A stretch of 64,000 bases of DNA from contig JBKAGP010000001.1 of the NCBI GenBank assembly GCA_046290465.1, positions 4,128,001 through 4,192,000 on the forward strand. Reading direction: 5' to 3'. This DNA comes from Planctomycetota bacterium (GTDB taxonomy: Bacteria > Planctomycetota > UBA1135 > UBA2386). Positions 19,921 through 29,982 of the stretch are shown here, piece after piece; positions within the stretch are counted from its first letter, which is position 1, and every line of letters begins with the position of its first letter. Made by a program: the position numbers and the translations under genes. Under the pieces are notes generated by a model. The model was not told the origin of the DNA, searched no databases, and saw only the letters and a list, made by a program, of their open reading frames with translations.

Positions 19921-20637
19921 GTGCGCTCGATCGTCTTGGCGAACCAGAAGGGCGGAGTCGGCAAGACGACGACCGCCATCCACCTGGCACACGGCTTCGC
20001 GTTGGCGGGTCGGAAGGTGCTGCTGATGGATCTGGACCCGCAGGGCAATGCCACGGTCGCGGTCCAGGGAATGCGGACCGATTCCGAGCAGAAGGCGCCA
20101 CAGGAGTGGATGACCCCCGTCGCCGAACGCTTCTGGCTGGTGCCCTCCGCCGGCGGGGAAGCCGTCGCTTCTGGCGAAGCCACCCTGGACACCGAACGGC
20201 TGAAGGCCGTGGTCGGCGAGCTGGAAGGCGAGATCGACGTCCTGGTCGTCGACTGCCCTCCGCGCATGGACGAGTGGGGCTGGGCGGGCGTGCAGCTGTG
20301 CGAAGAGGTCATCGTGCCCGTGCAGGCCGAGTTCTTCTCGATGCACGGCCTCTCACAGATGATGGCCTCGCTCGAGGAGGCTGCCAGGCGCTACCCGGGC
20401 AAGGGCAAGCTCAGAGGGGTGCTCCCGACCATGGTCGACACCAAGGAGGAGATCGCCACCGAAGTCCTCGAGGACCTGCGGTCCAATCTGGGCGAGCTGC
20501 TGCTCGACTCCGTCATCTTCCGTGACTCGAGCCTCGTCGAGGCCGCGAGCCACGGGCAATCCGTCTTCGTACACAGTCCCTGGTCCAAAGGAGCTCTTTG
20601 CTACACCGAGCTCGTGCAGGAGATCATGAATGGTTGA
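19921..20637 (+). CDS. parA: Chromosome partitioning ATPase ParA/Soj
   Basis: ANQKGGVGKTTT, DLDPQGNAT, VDCPP, VPVQAEF. Confidence 0.93.
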   Translation: MRSIVLANQKGGVGKTTTAIHLAHGFALAGRKVLLMDLDPQGNATVAVQGMRTDSEQKAPQEWMTPVAERFWLVPSAGGEAVASGEATLDTERLKAVVGELEGEIDVLVVDCPPRMDEWGWAGVQLCEEVIVPVQAEFFSMHGLSQMMASLEEAARRYPGKGKLRGVLPTMVDTKEEIATEVLEDLRSNLGELLLDSVIFRDSSLVEAASHGQSVFVHSPWSKGALCYTELVQEIMNG

Positions 20638-21592
20638 TCGTCGTCTAGGCAGAGGTCTCGACTTCTTCTTGTCCGGCTCGCGCAAGCCCGCGGCCGATTC
20701 CGAGGCCCCCAAGACCGAGGAGCGCACCCCCGCCCCCAAGCCCGCACCGGCGGAAGCCCCGGCAGTCGCCCCGGAGGATGCCGTCCAGAAGGTCCCGGTC
20801 GGCTCGATCGAGCCCAACCCTTACCAGCCGCGCAAGGAGATGGACGAGGCCGAGCTGAAGACGCTCTCCGAGTCGATCCGTGAGAGCGGCATCCTGCAGC
20901 CGATCCTCACGCGCAAGGTGGGGGATCGCTACCAGATCGTCGCCGGCGAACGCCGATGGCGCGCCGCCCAGCTTGCTGGTCTGAAGGAAGTGCCCGTGCT
21001 CTGCCGTGAGTTGTCGGACAACGACAGCGCGGTCTTCGCCCTGGTGGAGAACCTCCAGCGGGAGGATCTGAACGCCATCGAGAAGGCGCAGGGCATCAAG
21101 CTGCTGATGGACCAGATGAAGTCCACCCAGGCGCAGGTCGCCAAGCAGGTCGGTTTCGAGCGTTCTACGGTCGCCAATTTCCTCCGCCTGCTGGACCTGC
21201 CCCAGGGTGTGCAGGCACATGTTTCACGTGGAACACTCACGATGGGCCATGCTCGGTGCCTGCTCGCGCTGCCCGACCACGAGACGATGGAGATCACGGC
21301 GGAAGCGGCGATCAAGCAGAGCCTGTCCGTGCGCGCGCTGGAATCGCTGGTCAAGGACATGCTCGAGGGCTCGACCGGCAAGAAGCCGGACAACGACGAA
21401 CCCGCGTCACCGAAGGCAAAGAAGACCCGCCCGGTCTGGCTCAACGAACTCGAGGAGGGCCTCGTCGAAGCCCTCAGCACGACGGTCACGATCAAGTACA
21501 GCCGCAAGCGCAGCCAGATCGTGATCGAGTGTGCGAACGACAGCGAGCTCGACCGCGTCTCTTCGCGCATCAAGAACTCGAGCCCGCAGTAG
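20630..21592 (+). CDS. parB: Chromosome partitioning protein ParB/Spo0J
   Basis: RRLGRGL, PNPYQPR, GILQPI, AGERRWRAA, ENLQREDLN, HTH with RSTVANFLRLL, GHAR. Confidence 0.97.
   Translation: MVDRRLGRGLDFFLSGSRKPAADSEAPKTEERTPAPKPAPAEAPAVAPEDAVQKVPVGSIEPNPYQPRKEMDEAELKTLSESIRESGILQPILTRKVGDRYQIVAGERRWRAAQLAGLKEVPVLCRELSDNDSAVFALVENLQREDLNAIEKAQGIKLLMDQMKSTQAQVAKQVGFERSTVANFLRLLDLPQGVQAHVSRGTLTMGHARCLLALPDHETMEITAEAAIKQSLSVRALESLVKDMLEGSTGKKPDNDEPASPKAKKTRPVWLNELEEGLVEALSTTVTIKYSRKRSQIVIECANDSELDRVSSRIKNSSPQ
21220..21235. promoter_or_regulatory. parS: parS centromere-like site inside parB
   Basis: TGTTTCACGTGGAACA matches the canonical parS palindrome. The six overlapping codons (CAT GTT TCA CGT GGA ACA) all end in A/T in a GC3-rich gene. 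Confidence 0.9.
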
Positions 21593-21792
21593 CTCGCTGT
21601 GGGGGCTGCCAGGGGGGCAGCTCGACCCGGAGCCTCTCCGGCAGCCGAGTCTTTGGCGGCCGGGCCCGGGGCGGATCAAAGGGGCCGGGGGCGGCCAGGT
21701 CAGCCAAGGTCAGCCTGGGCGGCCAGGGCGGCGCGATCGATCGCAGCAACGCCCGGCCAGCGGCAGGTTCAGCGACCTGCCCAGCGGGAGGA

Positions 21793-22929
21793 TCAGAGGA
21801 CCTCGACCGCGGTGATGCGGATGTTCTCGGTCGGGCGACCGACCCCGCGATCCTCTTCTTCGGCCGACATGCCGGCCTCGCAGATCTCGCGCAGCGCCTC
21901 CATGCCCTCGACCACGAAGCCGAACACGACGCGGTTGCCATCCAGGTTGGCCTGGTCGTCGAGGTGGACCCAGATCCGGTCCGCGCACGACTTGCCGTCC
22001 GCCTCGGGGCGGGCCGCGATCGCGCCATCGAAGTGGCTGAGTCCCGTGTTCTCCCACTCGAGCTGGTGCTCGCTCGGCTCGGTGGTCGTCCACTTGGTGC
22101 GGTCATCCTCCTTCGTCGAAGCGAAGCCGAAGTGCATCGCGTACGGGCGCTCGAAGTTCTCGGTGCCGCGCTGGATCTCGTCGACCGCCAGCCCGGTCCA
22201 GAAGGCGCCGCCTTCCAGCTTGGCCAGCTCGAGGAACTTCTTGGTGTGCTCCAGGCCGGCCTTGAGGGCGAACGTCGCCGAGCCGTAGTCCCCGAACGTG
22301 AACTTGACCCGCGGCCAGTCGGCCGGGATCTCCGGCTTCTTGAAGCGGGCCGGCAGCTCGAAGCCCTTGGCATGCTCGATCTGGCTGCGCATCAGCGAGA
22401 TGACGCTGCCTTCGGTCGCCGCCTCGAACTTCGGGCCATCCGGCTCGACCCCTTCTTCCGGCTCCTTCTGGTCGCGGCTCTGCACGGGAGCCTTCGACTT
22501 GATGACTAGCGGGTGCTTCGGATACTTGCTCTCGATCTCGGCGAGCGACGACTCGGCCTTGGCCCAGTCCTTGTCCAGCATCGCCTTGCGCGCGATCGCC
22601 AGCAGGTAATAGGGGCGCTGGCCTTCGTCCGCGTTGGCCAGCCCGGACTCGAGCGTCGACATCTCGATGTCCTCGAGCGCCGTCGTCACCGGCTCGTAGG
22701 CCTTGGCGAAATCGATGTAATTGTCGTCCATGCCCATACTTGCAGCAAAGGCGGACCACTTTTCGTCGATCGCCTGCTGGTCGAGCGTCTTCCAGGCATA
22801 ATTGCCGACCAAGGCCAGCAGGATGGCGCCAATGATCACCATCACGAGCGACTTGTAGCGCTCCCAGAGGACTTCGAACGGGCTGGGGGCCTGGGTACCT
22901 TCCAGGGTCGAGGGAGGAGTGGCGGACAT
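21793..22929 (-). CDS. Membrane-anchored protein: YfgM-like TM/TPR N-terminus plus a divergent cyclophilin-type PPIase domain
   Basis: N-terminal TM helix; C-terminal LDGNRVVFGFVVEGME, H.DGAIA and GRPTENIRITAVEV. Confidence 0.7.
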   Translation of the reverse strand: MSATPPSTLEGTQAPSPFEVLWERYKSLVMVIIGAILLALVGNYAWKTLDQQAIDEKWSAFAASMGMDDNYIDFAKAYEPVTTALEDIEMSTLESGLANADEGQRPYYLLAIARKAMLDKDWAKAESSLAEIESKYPKHPLVIKSKAPVQSRDQKEPEEGVEPDGPKFEAATEGSVISLMRSQIEHAKGFELPARFKKPEIPADWPRVKFTFGDYGSATFALKAGLEHTKKFLELAKLEGGAFWTGLAVDEIQRGTENFERPYAMHFGFASTKEDDRTKWTTTEPSEHQLEWENTGLSHFDGAIAARPEADGKSCADRIWVHLDDQANLDGNRVVFGFVVEGMEALREICEAGMSAEEEDRGVGRPTENIRITAVEVL

Positions 22930-22991
22930 GATTCGATTCGGAAACTGAGTATCGGTCGCTGCCCGACGCCTGCTGCATCAGGCCCGGGCGA

Positions 22992-23411
22992 TCACAGGCG
23001 GGTGTAGTCGGTCGTGTAGTCGACGGTCATCTGCGTGACGCCGTCCTTGCGCTGAAACAGGTACTCGGCGGAGTAGATGCCGCGCTCGAACTGGAGCCGC
23101 TTGCTGGTCTCGTCGACGTCGTCGGCGCCGATCAGGCTCCAGCTGTGCCGGCCCATGTTGGCCTGCACGTACGAAACGGCCGCCGCGAGATCGTCACTGC
23201 CCGAGTAGATGTAGTGACCGTGGCGCCACGACGCGATCTCCTTCGAGAAGCTCTCGTGGCGTCGATCCTTGAGGCGGAAACCCGACGGAACGACGTAGTC
23301 CTGGAACTGCCGCGAATCGACCGCTGGGGCCTCATTCGGGCCCGTCTGGCACGATTGCGAAAGCACGCCACACAGCGCGAGCATGGCGATCAGACTCGTC
23401 TTGTTGGTCAT
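22992..23411 (-). CDS. Hypothetical lipoprotein
   Basis: Lipobox-like SQSC; GC3 bias. Confidence 0.65.
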   Translation of the reverse strand: MTNKTSLIAMLALCGVLSQSCQTGPNEAPAVDSRQFQDYVVPSGFRLKDRRHESFSKEIASWRHGHYIYSGSDDLAAAVSYVQANMGRHSWSLIGADDVDETSKRLQFERGIYSAEYLFQRKDGVTQMTVDYTTDYTRL

Positions 23412-23630
23412 CGGGAATCCCTCGGTTGTCGGTCTGGACGAACCGCGAAACGCGGCTCGCCACGGTTTGGAGGGCCGAACAGTCTATCGACGCCCGCGGA
23501 GGCAGGCAACGGCGGCGAACGCCCGGTTCGCCGCGGATCGGCCCACCGCGCACGATACCGCCGACGGCGAGGGTTTCGCGACCCAACGCGTCGACATACA
23601 CTCCCAACGCCCGTCGGAGCGTGGTCTCCG

Positions 23631-23651
23631 GCGTGCAGGAGTCCTGCATGC
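23631..23651 (+). promoter_or_regulatory. Hairpin/dyad occluding the RBS and start codon of the HNH gene
   Basis: GCGTGCAGGA-G-TCCTGCATGC contains AGGAG and the ATG. Confidence 0.5.
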
Positions 23652-24265
23652 AAGCCTCCGAGACAGTCCGACGAGCAGACCTGCTGGAGCGAGCCACCCT
23701 GGTGCTCAACCGCTCCTGGCGGCCCGTGCACGTGACCACGGTGCGCCGCGCCCTGTGCATGGTGTTTCGCGACGCTGCGCGGATCGTCTGCCCCGAGACC
23801 CTGGCCGTCTACGAGTTCGTGGACTGGATCGACCAACCGATCCCGGCGCAGGCCCCGACCATCCGTTCGCCGAGCGTGCGCATCCTCGCCCCCGAGGTGA
23901 TCCTGCTGTCCCGCTACAACCGGGTGCCGTGCCACGAGGCGCCGTTCACGCGGCGCAACCTGTTCTTGCGCGACGACTACACCTGCCAGTACTGCGGCAA
24001 GCGATCGGGCAGCAACCTGCTCAGCGTCGACCACGTGCACCCGCGCTCGCGGGGCGGGTCGACGACCTGGGAGAACTGCGTGCTCGCCTGTGTCGGCTGC
24101 AACGCGCGCAAGGCCGACCAGACCCCGAAGGAGGCCGGCCTGCGCCTGCTGCGCAAGCCCGAACGCCCGCGTTGGACTCCGTACCTCAATCTGCGGCCGA
24201 GCCAGCGTATGGACTCGTGGGCGAAGTTCACGCCCGAGTCCCGCCGCCGCAACCGCAACAACTGA
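23648..24265 (+). CDS. HNH endonuclease (McrA/HNH_5-like)
   Basis: LVLNRSWRP, RDDYTCQYCG, SVDHVHPRSRGG..WENCVLACVGCNARK. Confidence 0.93.
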   Translation: MQASETVRRADLLERATLVLNRSWRPVHVTTVRRALCMVFRDAARIVCPETLAVYEFVDWIDQPIPAQAPTIRSPSVRILAPEVILLSRYNRVPCHEAPFTRRNLFLRDDYTCQYCGKRSGSNLLSVDHVHPRSRGGSTTWENCVLACVGCNARKADQTPKEAGLRLLRKPERPRWTPYLNLRPSQRMDSWAKFTPESRRRNRNN

Positions 24266-24316
24266 GGCCCGCCCGGAGCCGTTCTTCGCGCGCCGGGGCC
24301 TCCCATCGATCCCACC

Positions 24317-25678
24317 ATGAAACTGTCGACCAGCATCCCCGTCCTCCTCGCCCTCCTCGCAGCGCCCGCCGTGGCGCAGAGCCCCACCAAGCTCAAGAAG
24401 GAGCTCAAGAAGATGGAGCGGGAGGCGAAGAAGGACGTCGAGAAGCTCTTCGCGGCGGGCAAGTGGGCCCGCGAGAAGGAACTCGCCAAGGACGCCAAGC
24501 GCATCTTCCAGAAGGTCCTCAAGCTCGACAAGGAGCACGAGGGCGCCAACCTCGCACTCGGCAACGAGAAGGTCGACGGCGTCTGGATGCCCGAGAAGCA
24601 GGCGAAGAAGCTACGCGAGAAGGCGCTCGAGGCCGAGTACGGCGCCAAGGGCTACAAGAAGATCGAAGGCATCTGGGTCGAGCCGGAGAAGGTCGACGAC
24701 GCGCGCAAGGGCATCTTCTGGCACGAGGGCGAGAAGGTGACCATCGAGCAGAAGACCGCCTACCAGAACGGCATGGTGCGCCATCCGCGCACCGGCCGGT
24801 TCATCAAGCAGGAAGACCTCAAGAAGGCCGAGGACGGCTACTTCCCGGTCGGCGACGGCAAGTGGGGCGACCTGGCTGAGGCCGACACCTTCCACGGCGA
24901 GCTCGGGCGGCCGTGGATCATCCGCTCCAACTACGCCACGCTGATCAGCACGCTGCCCCTCGAGAAGCTCGAGGAGTTGAAGCGGTTCGCGGACCAGGGG
25001 CAGGAGACCGTGATGCCGCTGTTCCGCGGTCGCGAACTGCCGCCGGCCCTGCGCCCGGTGATCCTGATCGCCAAGACCAAGGCCGAGTACGTGCAGTACG
25101 GCACCAGCTTCGGCGACGGCACCGACGTCGTCGGCGCGTTCCTGATGCGCGACGACGCCGAGTTCCGCATCGGCGGCCAGGGCGTCGTGCGCCCGGCGAT
25201 CTGCAACAACGACAAGGACTGGGGCACGCGCTACCTGCGCCACGCCGCGGCGATCGCCTACGTCAACGCGGTGGCCTCGGAGGCCGGCGCCGACCTGCCG
25301 CTGTGGTTCGTGCACGGCTGCGGCACGCTGACGTCGCGCTTCGAGAACGACCGCGACGCCGGTTGGTTCGGCAAGCAACACGTCGCCAAGGGCGGCGTCG
25401 GCCCGATCAAGTCGTGGTTCAGCAACTTCGACCTCAGCGCCGACCTCGAGACCAAGGACATCGACTTCAACCTGTTCCAGGCCGGCCTGATGCTGGCCTA
25501 CGGGATGCGCGGCGGCGACCAGGAGGCGACCGACGCGCTGATGAACGTCACCAACGCTTTGTCCGGCAAAGGCAAGGGCAGCGCGGGCAAGGCGCTGACG
25601 GCGTTCGAGAAGCTGCTCGACAGCAAGAAGGACAAGATCGTCGCCTACCTCAACACCCTGATCGCGAAGGCGCCGTAG
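24317..25678 (+). CDS. Exported hypothetical protein with a degenerate zincin-like C-terminal domain
   Basis: Signal peptide AVA|QS; YLRHAAAI..LPLWFVHG. Confidence 0.6.
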   Translation: MKLSTSIPVLLALLAAPAVAQSPTKLKKELKKMEREAKKDVEKLFAAGKWAREKELAKDAKRIFQKVLKLDKEHEGANLALGNEKVDGVWMPEKQAKKLREKALEAEYGAKGYKKIEGIWVEPEKVDDARKGIFWHEGEKVTIEQKTAYQNGMVRHPRTGRFIKQEDLKKAEDGYFPVGDGKWGDLAEADTFHGELGRPWIIRSNYATLISTLPLEKLEELKRFADQGQETVMPLFRGRELPPALRPVILIAKTKAEYVQYGTSFGDGTDVVGAFLMRDDAEFRIGGQGVVRPAICNNDKDWGTRYLRHAAAIAYVNAVASEAGADLPLWFVHGCGTLTSRFENDRDAGWFGKQHVAKGGVGPIKSWFSNFDLSADLETKDIDFNLFQAGLMLAYGMRGGDQEATDALMNVTNALSGKGKGSAGKALTAFEKLLDSKKDKIVAYLNTLIAKAP

Positions 25679-25841
25679 CCGATCGACCGCCTCCGGGGGA
25701 GGGTGCCTCCCCCGTGCACCGTGACCGCGCCCGACCGGATTTGGCGGTCGCGACAGGAATCGGACAATGGTCGTCCACTAGGTGCGCCAGCACCGGCGGT
25801 CTGCGCCGCCTTCCTGCCAACCAAATAGCAGAATCCAACCC

Positions 25842-27716
25842 ATGAAGCTGTTCTCCCTGCGTTCTCTGACCGCGCTTGCCGTGCTGGCCGCCCCGATGGC
25901 CGCCCAAGGCATGCTGCCGTATCTGCCCAAGAAGACGATGATGGCCATCTCGGCTCCGGACCTCTCGGTCTCGATGGCCGAGTTCCGCAAGATGCCGCTG
26001 GCCAAGATGTGGGCCGAAGACGAGGTCCAGACCTTCTTCGCCGACGTCCTCGAGATGGCGAAGGAGCAGATGGACGAGGGCCTCGCCCGCGCCAAGGAGA
26101 TGCACGCGCAGGGCGCCCTGCCGATCGACCCGGAGCAGCTGATGAAGCTGCGCCTCAACGGCGGCACCTTCGCGATCACCGACATGGAGATGGCGATGGG
26201 CGACTTCGGCCCGATGCCGAAGTTCGGCGTGCTGATCCACCTCGACTTCGGTGAGTCGGCCGCGACCTGGAACCAGCTGATCCAGATGGGCCTCGGCATG
26301 CTGAAGCAGCAGGCCGGTGACGACGCGACGATGACCGAGTGGAACATCGGCGACGTCAAGGCGATGACGATGGCGCCGAACGGCGGCCCCGAAGGCCTCG
26401 AGATGTCGCTGAACGTCGCGATGGTCCCGAACGGCATCGTGATCGGCACGCTGACCGACGACGTCAAGAGCGTCGTCACCAACTGGGTCAACAAGACCCC
26501 GGTCCTGAGCCAGACGTCGGGCTTCGCCGCCGCGACCAAGCGCCTGGACACCGCCGGCGCCGAAGCACAGATGTTCATGTCGCCGGACCCGATGGTCGAC
26601 TTCGGCATGAACGTGCTGAAGATGGCGATCGAGAACGAGCGCGACCTCGAGATGGTCGACTACGACGGCGTCGAGCGCGCGCTGCAGGCGATGGGCATGC
26701 GCAACCTCGGCTCGGTGGCCATGTCGACCAGCTACGTCGACGGCAAGTGCGTCACCAAGTCCTACCACGCCAGCGCCGAAGGCGCGCAGACTGCGGCCGC
26801 CGGCACCAAGGTCGACACCAAGTTCCTCAAGTGGGTCCCGAAGGACGCGGTCTCGTTCAGCGCCGGCGCGATGAACGTCTCGTCGATCTACGACACGCTG
26901 CTCAAGGGCCTGCAGGCCTACGACCCGAACTTCGCCCAGCAGATGCTCGGCCAGCTGGCCGAGATCGAGAAGCAGCTCGGCTTCTCGATCCGCCAGGACC
27001 TGTTCGGCTCGCTCGGTGACCACTACATCACCTGGTCGATGCCGATGGGCACGATCTCGTCGGCGCCGGAGATGGCGTTCCTGATGAAGGTCAACAACCA
27101 GGAGAAGCTGGTCGGCGCGCTGAAGAACATCGCCGCGCTGACGCAGGGCAACGTCGAGATCGAAGAAGGCACCAAGCGTGGTCTGAAGAGCTACCAGGTG
27201 CAGATCAACTTCGACCCGATGGACGGCATGGGCATGAACCCGTTCGACATGTTCCAGCCGACGTTCGCGTTCAAGGACGGCTACATGGTCGTCGGCTTCT
27301 CGGCGAGCGACGTCAAGCGCGTCTTCAAGCGCATGGACCGCGAGGACAACCCGAAGGGTGACATCCGCTCCAACAAGGAGTTCATGGCGATCGCCGGCCA
27401 GATCCCGGAAGGCGTCGACAGCCTGACATTCACCGACTGGAAGGCCAACTTCGAGAGCATGTATCAGCTGCTGACCGGCGTGCTCGCGTTCGTGCCGATG
27501 CCGGAGGACGTCCCGATCGACATGTCGCTGCTGCCCGACTCGGAGACGCTGACGCAGCACCTCTACGCGTCGCTCAGCTACACCAAGTCGACGGCCGGCG
27601 GCACCGAGACGGTCGACGTCAGCCCGTTCGGTCCGGAGACCTGGCTCGCCATCGGTGCGCTGGTCGGTGGCGCCGCCGGTGCCGCCGCGGTGATGGAAGG
27701 GCGCGGCGGCTTCTAG
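25842..27716 (+). CDS. Exported Met-rich protein, DUF3352-like
   Basis: Signal peptide MAA|QG; LPYLP and LKWVPKDAVSF duplicated-lobe pattern; C-terminal hydrophobic tail. Family call tentative. Confidence 0.55.
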   Translation: MKLFSLRSLTALAVLAAPMAAQGMLPYLPKKTMMAISAPDLSVSMAEFRKMPLAKMWAEDEVQTFFADVLEMAKEQMDEGLARAKEMHAQGALPIDPEQLMKLRLNGGTFAITDMEMAMGDFGPMPKFGVLIHLDFGESAATWNQLIQMGLGMLKQQAGDDATMTEWNIGDVKAMTMAPNGGPEGLEMSLNVAMVPNGIVIGTLTDDVKSVVTNWVNKTPVLSQTSGFAAATKRLDTAGAEAQMFMSPDPMVDFGMNVLKMAIENERDLEMVDYDGVERALQAMGMRNLGSVAMSTSYVDGKCVTKSYHASAEGAQTAAAGTKVDTKFLKWVPKDAVSFSAGAMNVSSIYDTLLKGLQAYDPNFAQQMLGQLAEIEKQLGFSIRQDLFGSLGDHYITWSMPMGTISSAPEMAFLMKVNNQEKLVGALKNIAALTQGNVEIEEGTKRGLKSYQVQINFDPMDGMGMNPFDMFQPTFAFKDGYMVVGFSASDVKRVFKRMDREDNPKGDIRSNKEFMAIAGQIPEGVDSLTFTDWKANFESMYQLLTGVLAFVPMPEDVPIDMSLLPDSETLTQHLYASLSYTKSTAGGTETVDVSPFGPETWLAIGALVGGAAGAAAVMEGRGGF

Positions 27717-27780
27717 GCCACGCCGCACTGGACCACCCCGGACAGACACTCCGGACAACACTCCGGACAGCCAAGCCCGA

Positions 27781-27814
27781 CAGCCGACCCTTCGCGGTCG
27801 GCTGGTTCGGTTTT
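27781..27814 (+). terminator. Probable intrinsic terminator between convergent genes
   Basis: CAGCCGACC-CTTCGC-GGTCGGCTG followed by GTTCGGTTTT. Confidence 0.55.
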
Positions 27815-27861
27815 GGGGGGCCGATCCACCCCGGAGCGTGCATCGACGCGCGCTCCGGCGC

Positions 27862-29001
27862 CTAGAGCGCCGCTTCGAGGTAGTCGCCGCCGACCTGGTC
27901 GGCGAGCAGCAGACCCTCGCCGACCAGACGGAGACGCGCGCCGTCGTATTCGACCAGCTGCGCGGCCTGCTGCCGCTCGAAGATCGCCGCGAACCGCGCG
28001 CGCACGTCGAGGCCGATCCTCGCCTCCACGTCGGCGACGTCGACGCCATCCGTTCGCCGCACGCCGAGCCACAGCGCCTCGGCCGCGCGCTGCAGCGGTC
28101 GCAGCGTCTCGGCGCTCGCCGCGCACGTGACGCCAGCCAGCGCCGCGTCCGCCCAGGCCTCGAGCGGCTTGAGGTTGCTGACGCGCACGCCGCCGCGGTG
28201 GCTGCTCGCCCCCGGACCGACCCCGACGTAGTCCCCCTGCAGCCAGTAGTGGTCGTTGTGCCGACACGGCCCGCCGCGCCCCGCGAAGTTGCTGACCTCG
28301 TAGGCGACGAACCCCGCTTCCCGCAGCCGCACGCGCGTGTGCTCGAACATCGCGCGGTCGAGTTCTTGTTCGTTGGGTCCGATGCGTCCCTGCTGGCGGT
28401 CCCGCTCGAAGCGCGTGCCCGGTTCGAACGTCAGGTTGTAGCAGGACACATGATCGGTCCCGAGTCGCAGCGCGTGCTCGAGGTCGCTCTGCCACTCGTC
28501 GAACGTCTCGCCCGGGATCCCGAACATCAGGTCGATGCTGACGTTCTCGAAGCCGGCCTCGCGCGCCGCCGCGAACGCCCGCTCGACCCCCTCGGCGTCG
28601 TGCGCGCGGTCGAGCTTCTGCAGGTGGTGCGCGTGGAACGTCTGCGCGCCGATGCTCAACCGCCGCACGCCGCCATCCCACGCGGCGCGCGCCTTGTCGA
28701 CCGTGAAGCTCTCGGGGTTGGCCTCCATCGAGACCTCGGCGCACGCGGCGAGGTCGACGCGCTCGTTGACGATCGCGAACAGCCGCTGCAGCCGTTCGAC
28801 CGACAGCAGGCTCGGCGTGCCGCCGCCGAAGAACACCGACACCGGCTGCGCACCGACCGGCCAGCGGCGCGCAAGCTCCGCGGCCAGCGCGTCGAGGAAG
28901 CGGTCGTGCGCCTGCTCGTCCTCGACGACGTACGAGTTGAAGTCGCAGTAGCCGCACTTCACCACGCAGAACGGCACGTGCACGTAGAGCGACGAAGACA
29001 T
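27862..29001 (-). CDS. hemW: Radical SAM heme chaperone HemW (HemN-like)
   Basis: YVHVPFCVVKCGYCDF, GGGTPS, EANP, YEVSNF, HN..YW, GVGPGA. Confidence 0.92.
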   Translation of the reverse strand: MSSSLYVHVPFCVVKCGYCDFNSYVVEDEQAHDRFLDALAAELARRWPVGAQPVSVFFGGGTPSLLSVERLQRLFAIVNERVDLAACAEVSMEANPESFTVDKARAAWDGGVRRLSIGAQTFHAHHLQKLDRAHDAEGVERAFAAAREAGFENVSIDLMFGIPGETFDEWQSDLEHALRLGTDHVSCYNLTFEPGTRFERDRQQGRIGPNEQELDRAMFEHTRVRLREAGFVAYEVSNFAGRGGPCRHNDHYWLQGDYVGVGPGASSHRGGVRVSNLKPLEAWADAALAGVTCAASAETLRPLQRAAEALWLGVRRTDGVDVADVEARIGLDVRARFAAIFERQQAAQLVEYDGARLRLVGEGLLLADQVGGDYLEAAL

Positions 29002-29032
29002 CGCCGCCAGCCTACGCGACGCGGCGCGCGGA

Positions 29033-29887
29033 TCAGCGGGCGGTCTTCTTGCGGGTGCGCGGCTGCGGCCGCTCCTCGCCGAACTCGCGCGACATGATCT
29101 CGCCCAGCTTCTCGAGCGCCTGCTGCTCCATCTGGCGGACGCGTTCCCGCGTCAGGCCGAAGCGCTTGCCGATCGCCTTCAGCGTCATCGGCTCGTTGTT
29201 GCCGAGGCCGAACCGCAGCCGCAGGATTCGCGCCTCGCGCGTGTCCAGCTTCTCGAGCAGCTCGTGCATGCGGCCGATCTCCATCGCCGCGAGGATCTCC
29301 TCCTCCGGCGACCGGCCGCGCGTGTCCTCGATCACGTCCGCGAACGCCGCGCCGCCGTCGTCGTTCATCGAGTGCACCGGCTGCGAGTTCGACTGCACGG
29401 TATCGCGCACGACGTCCCAGTTGTTCTCCGGCAGCTCGAGCTCCTCGGCGATCTCGCCGGTGGTCGCCTGGCGACCGAGTCGGTAGCTCAGCTCCATCGC
29501 CGTCGCCTTCCAGCGCGAGACGATCTCCGACATGTAGCTCGGCACGCGCACGGTCTTGACCGTGTTGACCAGCGAGCGGCGGATGCCCTGCTTGATCCAC
29601 CAGGTCGCGTAGGTCGAGAAGCGGCAGCCGGCCTTGTGGTCGAACTTCTCGACCGCCTTCATCAGGCCGATGTTGCCCTCCTCGATCAGGTCCATGAAGG
29701 ACAGGCCGCGGTTGACGTAGTTCTTGGCGATCGAGACGACCAGGCGCAGGTTGGCGCGGATCATGTGCTCGCGCGCAGCCAGGTCGCCGCGCTGCACGCG
29801 CTTCGACAGGTCGATTTCTTCTTGGGCCGTCAGCAACGGAACTTCGTTGATGTCGGCCAGGTAGGTGTCGAGACCGTGGTCCCGCAT
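29033..29887 (-). CDS. RNA polymerase sigma-70 factor, RpoD/SigA family without region 1.1 (group-2-like)
   Basis: [66 protein letters not shown]. Confidence 0.93.
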   Translation of the reverse strand: MRDHGLDTYLADINEVPLLTAQEEIDLSKRVQRGDLAAREHMIRANLRLVVSIAKNYVNRGLSFMDLIEEGNIGLMKAVEKFDHKAGCRFSTYATWWIKQGIRRSLVNTVKTVRVPSYMSEIVSRWKATAMELSYRLGRQATTGEIAEELELPENNWDVVRDTVQSNSQPVHSMNDDGGAAFADVIEDTRGRSPEEEILAAMEIGRMHELLEKLDTREARILRLRFGLGNNEPMTLKAIGKRFGLTRERVRQMEQQALEKLGEIMSREFGEERPQPRTRKKTAR

Positions 29888-29982
29888 GGCAGTCCTCCTC
29901 GTGGTGGTGACCTTGGAGGTATCGGAAGGACCGCAGCGATCCTGCGCCGCTGCGACCGACACCGTCGCAATGCGGGACGCGC

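Noticed and set aside
23648..24265. HNH gene as an IscB/HEARO-type RNA-guided or mobile nuclease
   Set aside because: No RuvC or PLMP motifs and no element ends; it resembles the common stand-alone HNH family.
27738..27783. Short CCGGACA(G)ACACT iterations before the terminator
   Set aside because: Three to four degenerate units of about 12 bp, likely slippage, with no evidence of function.
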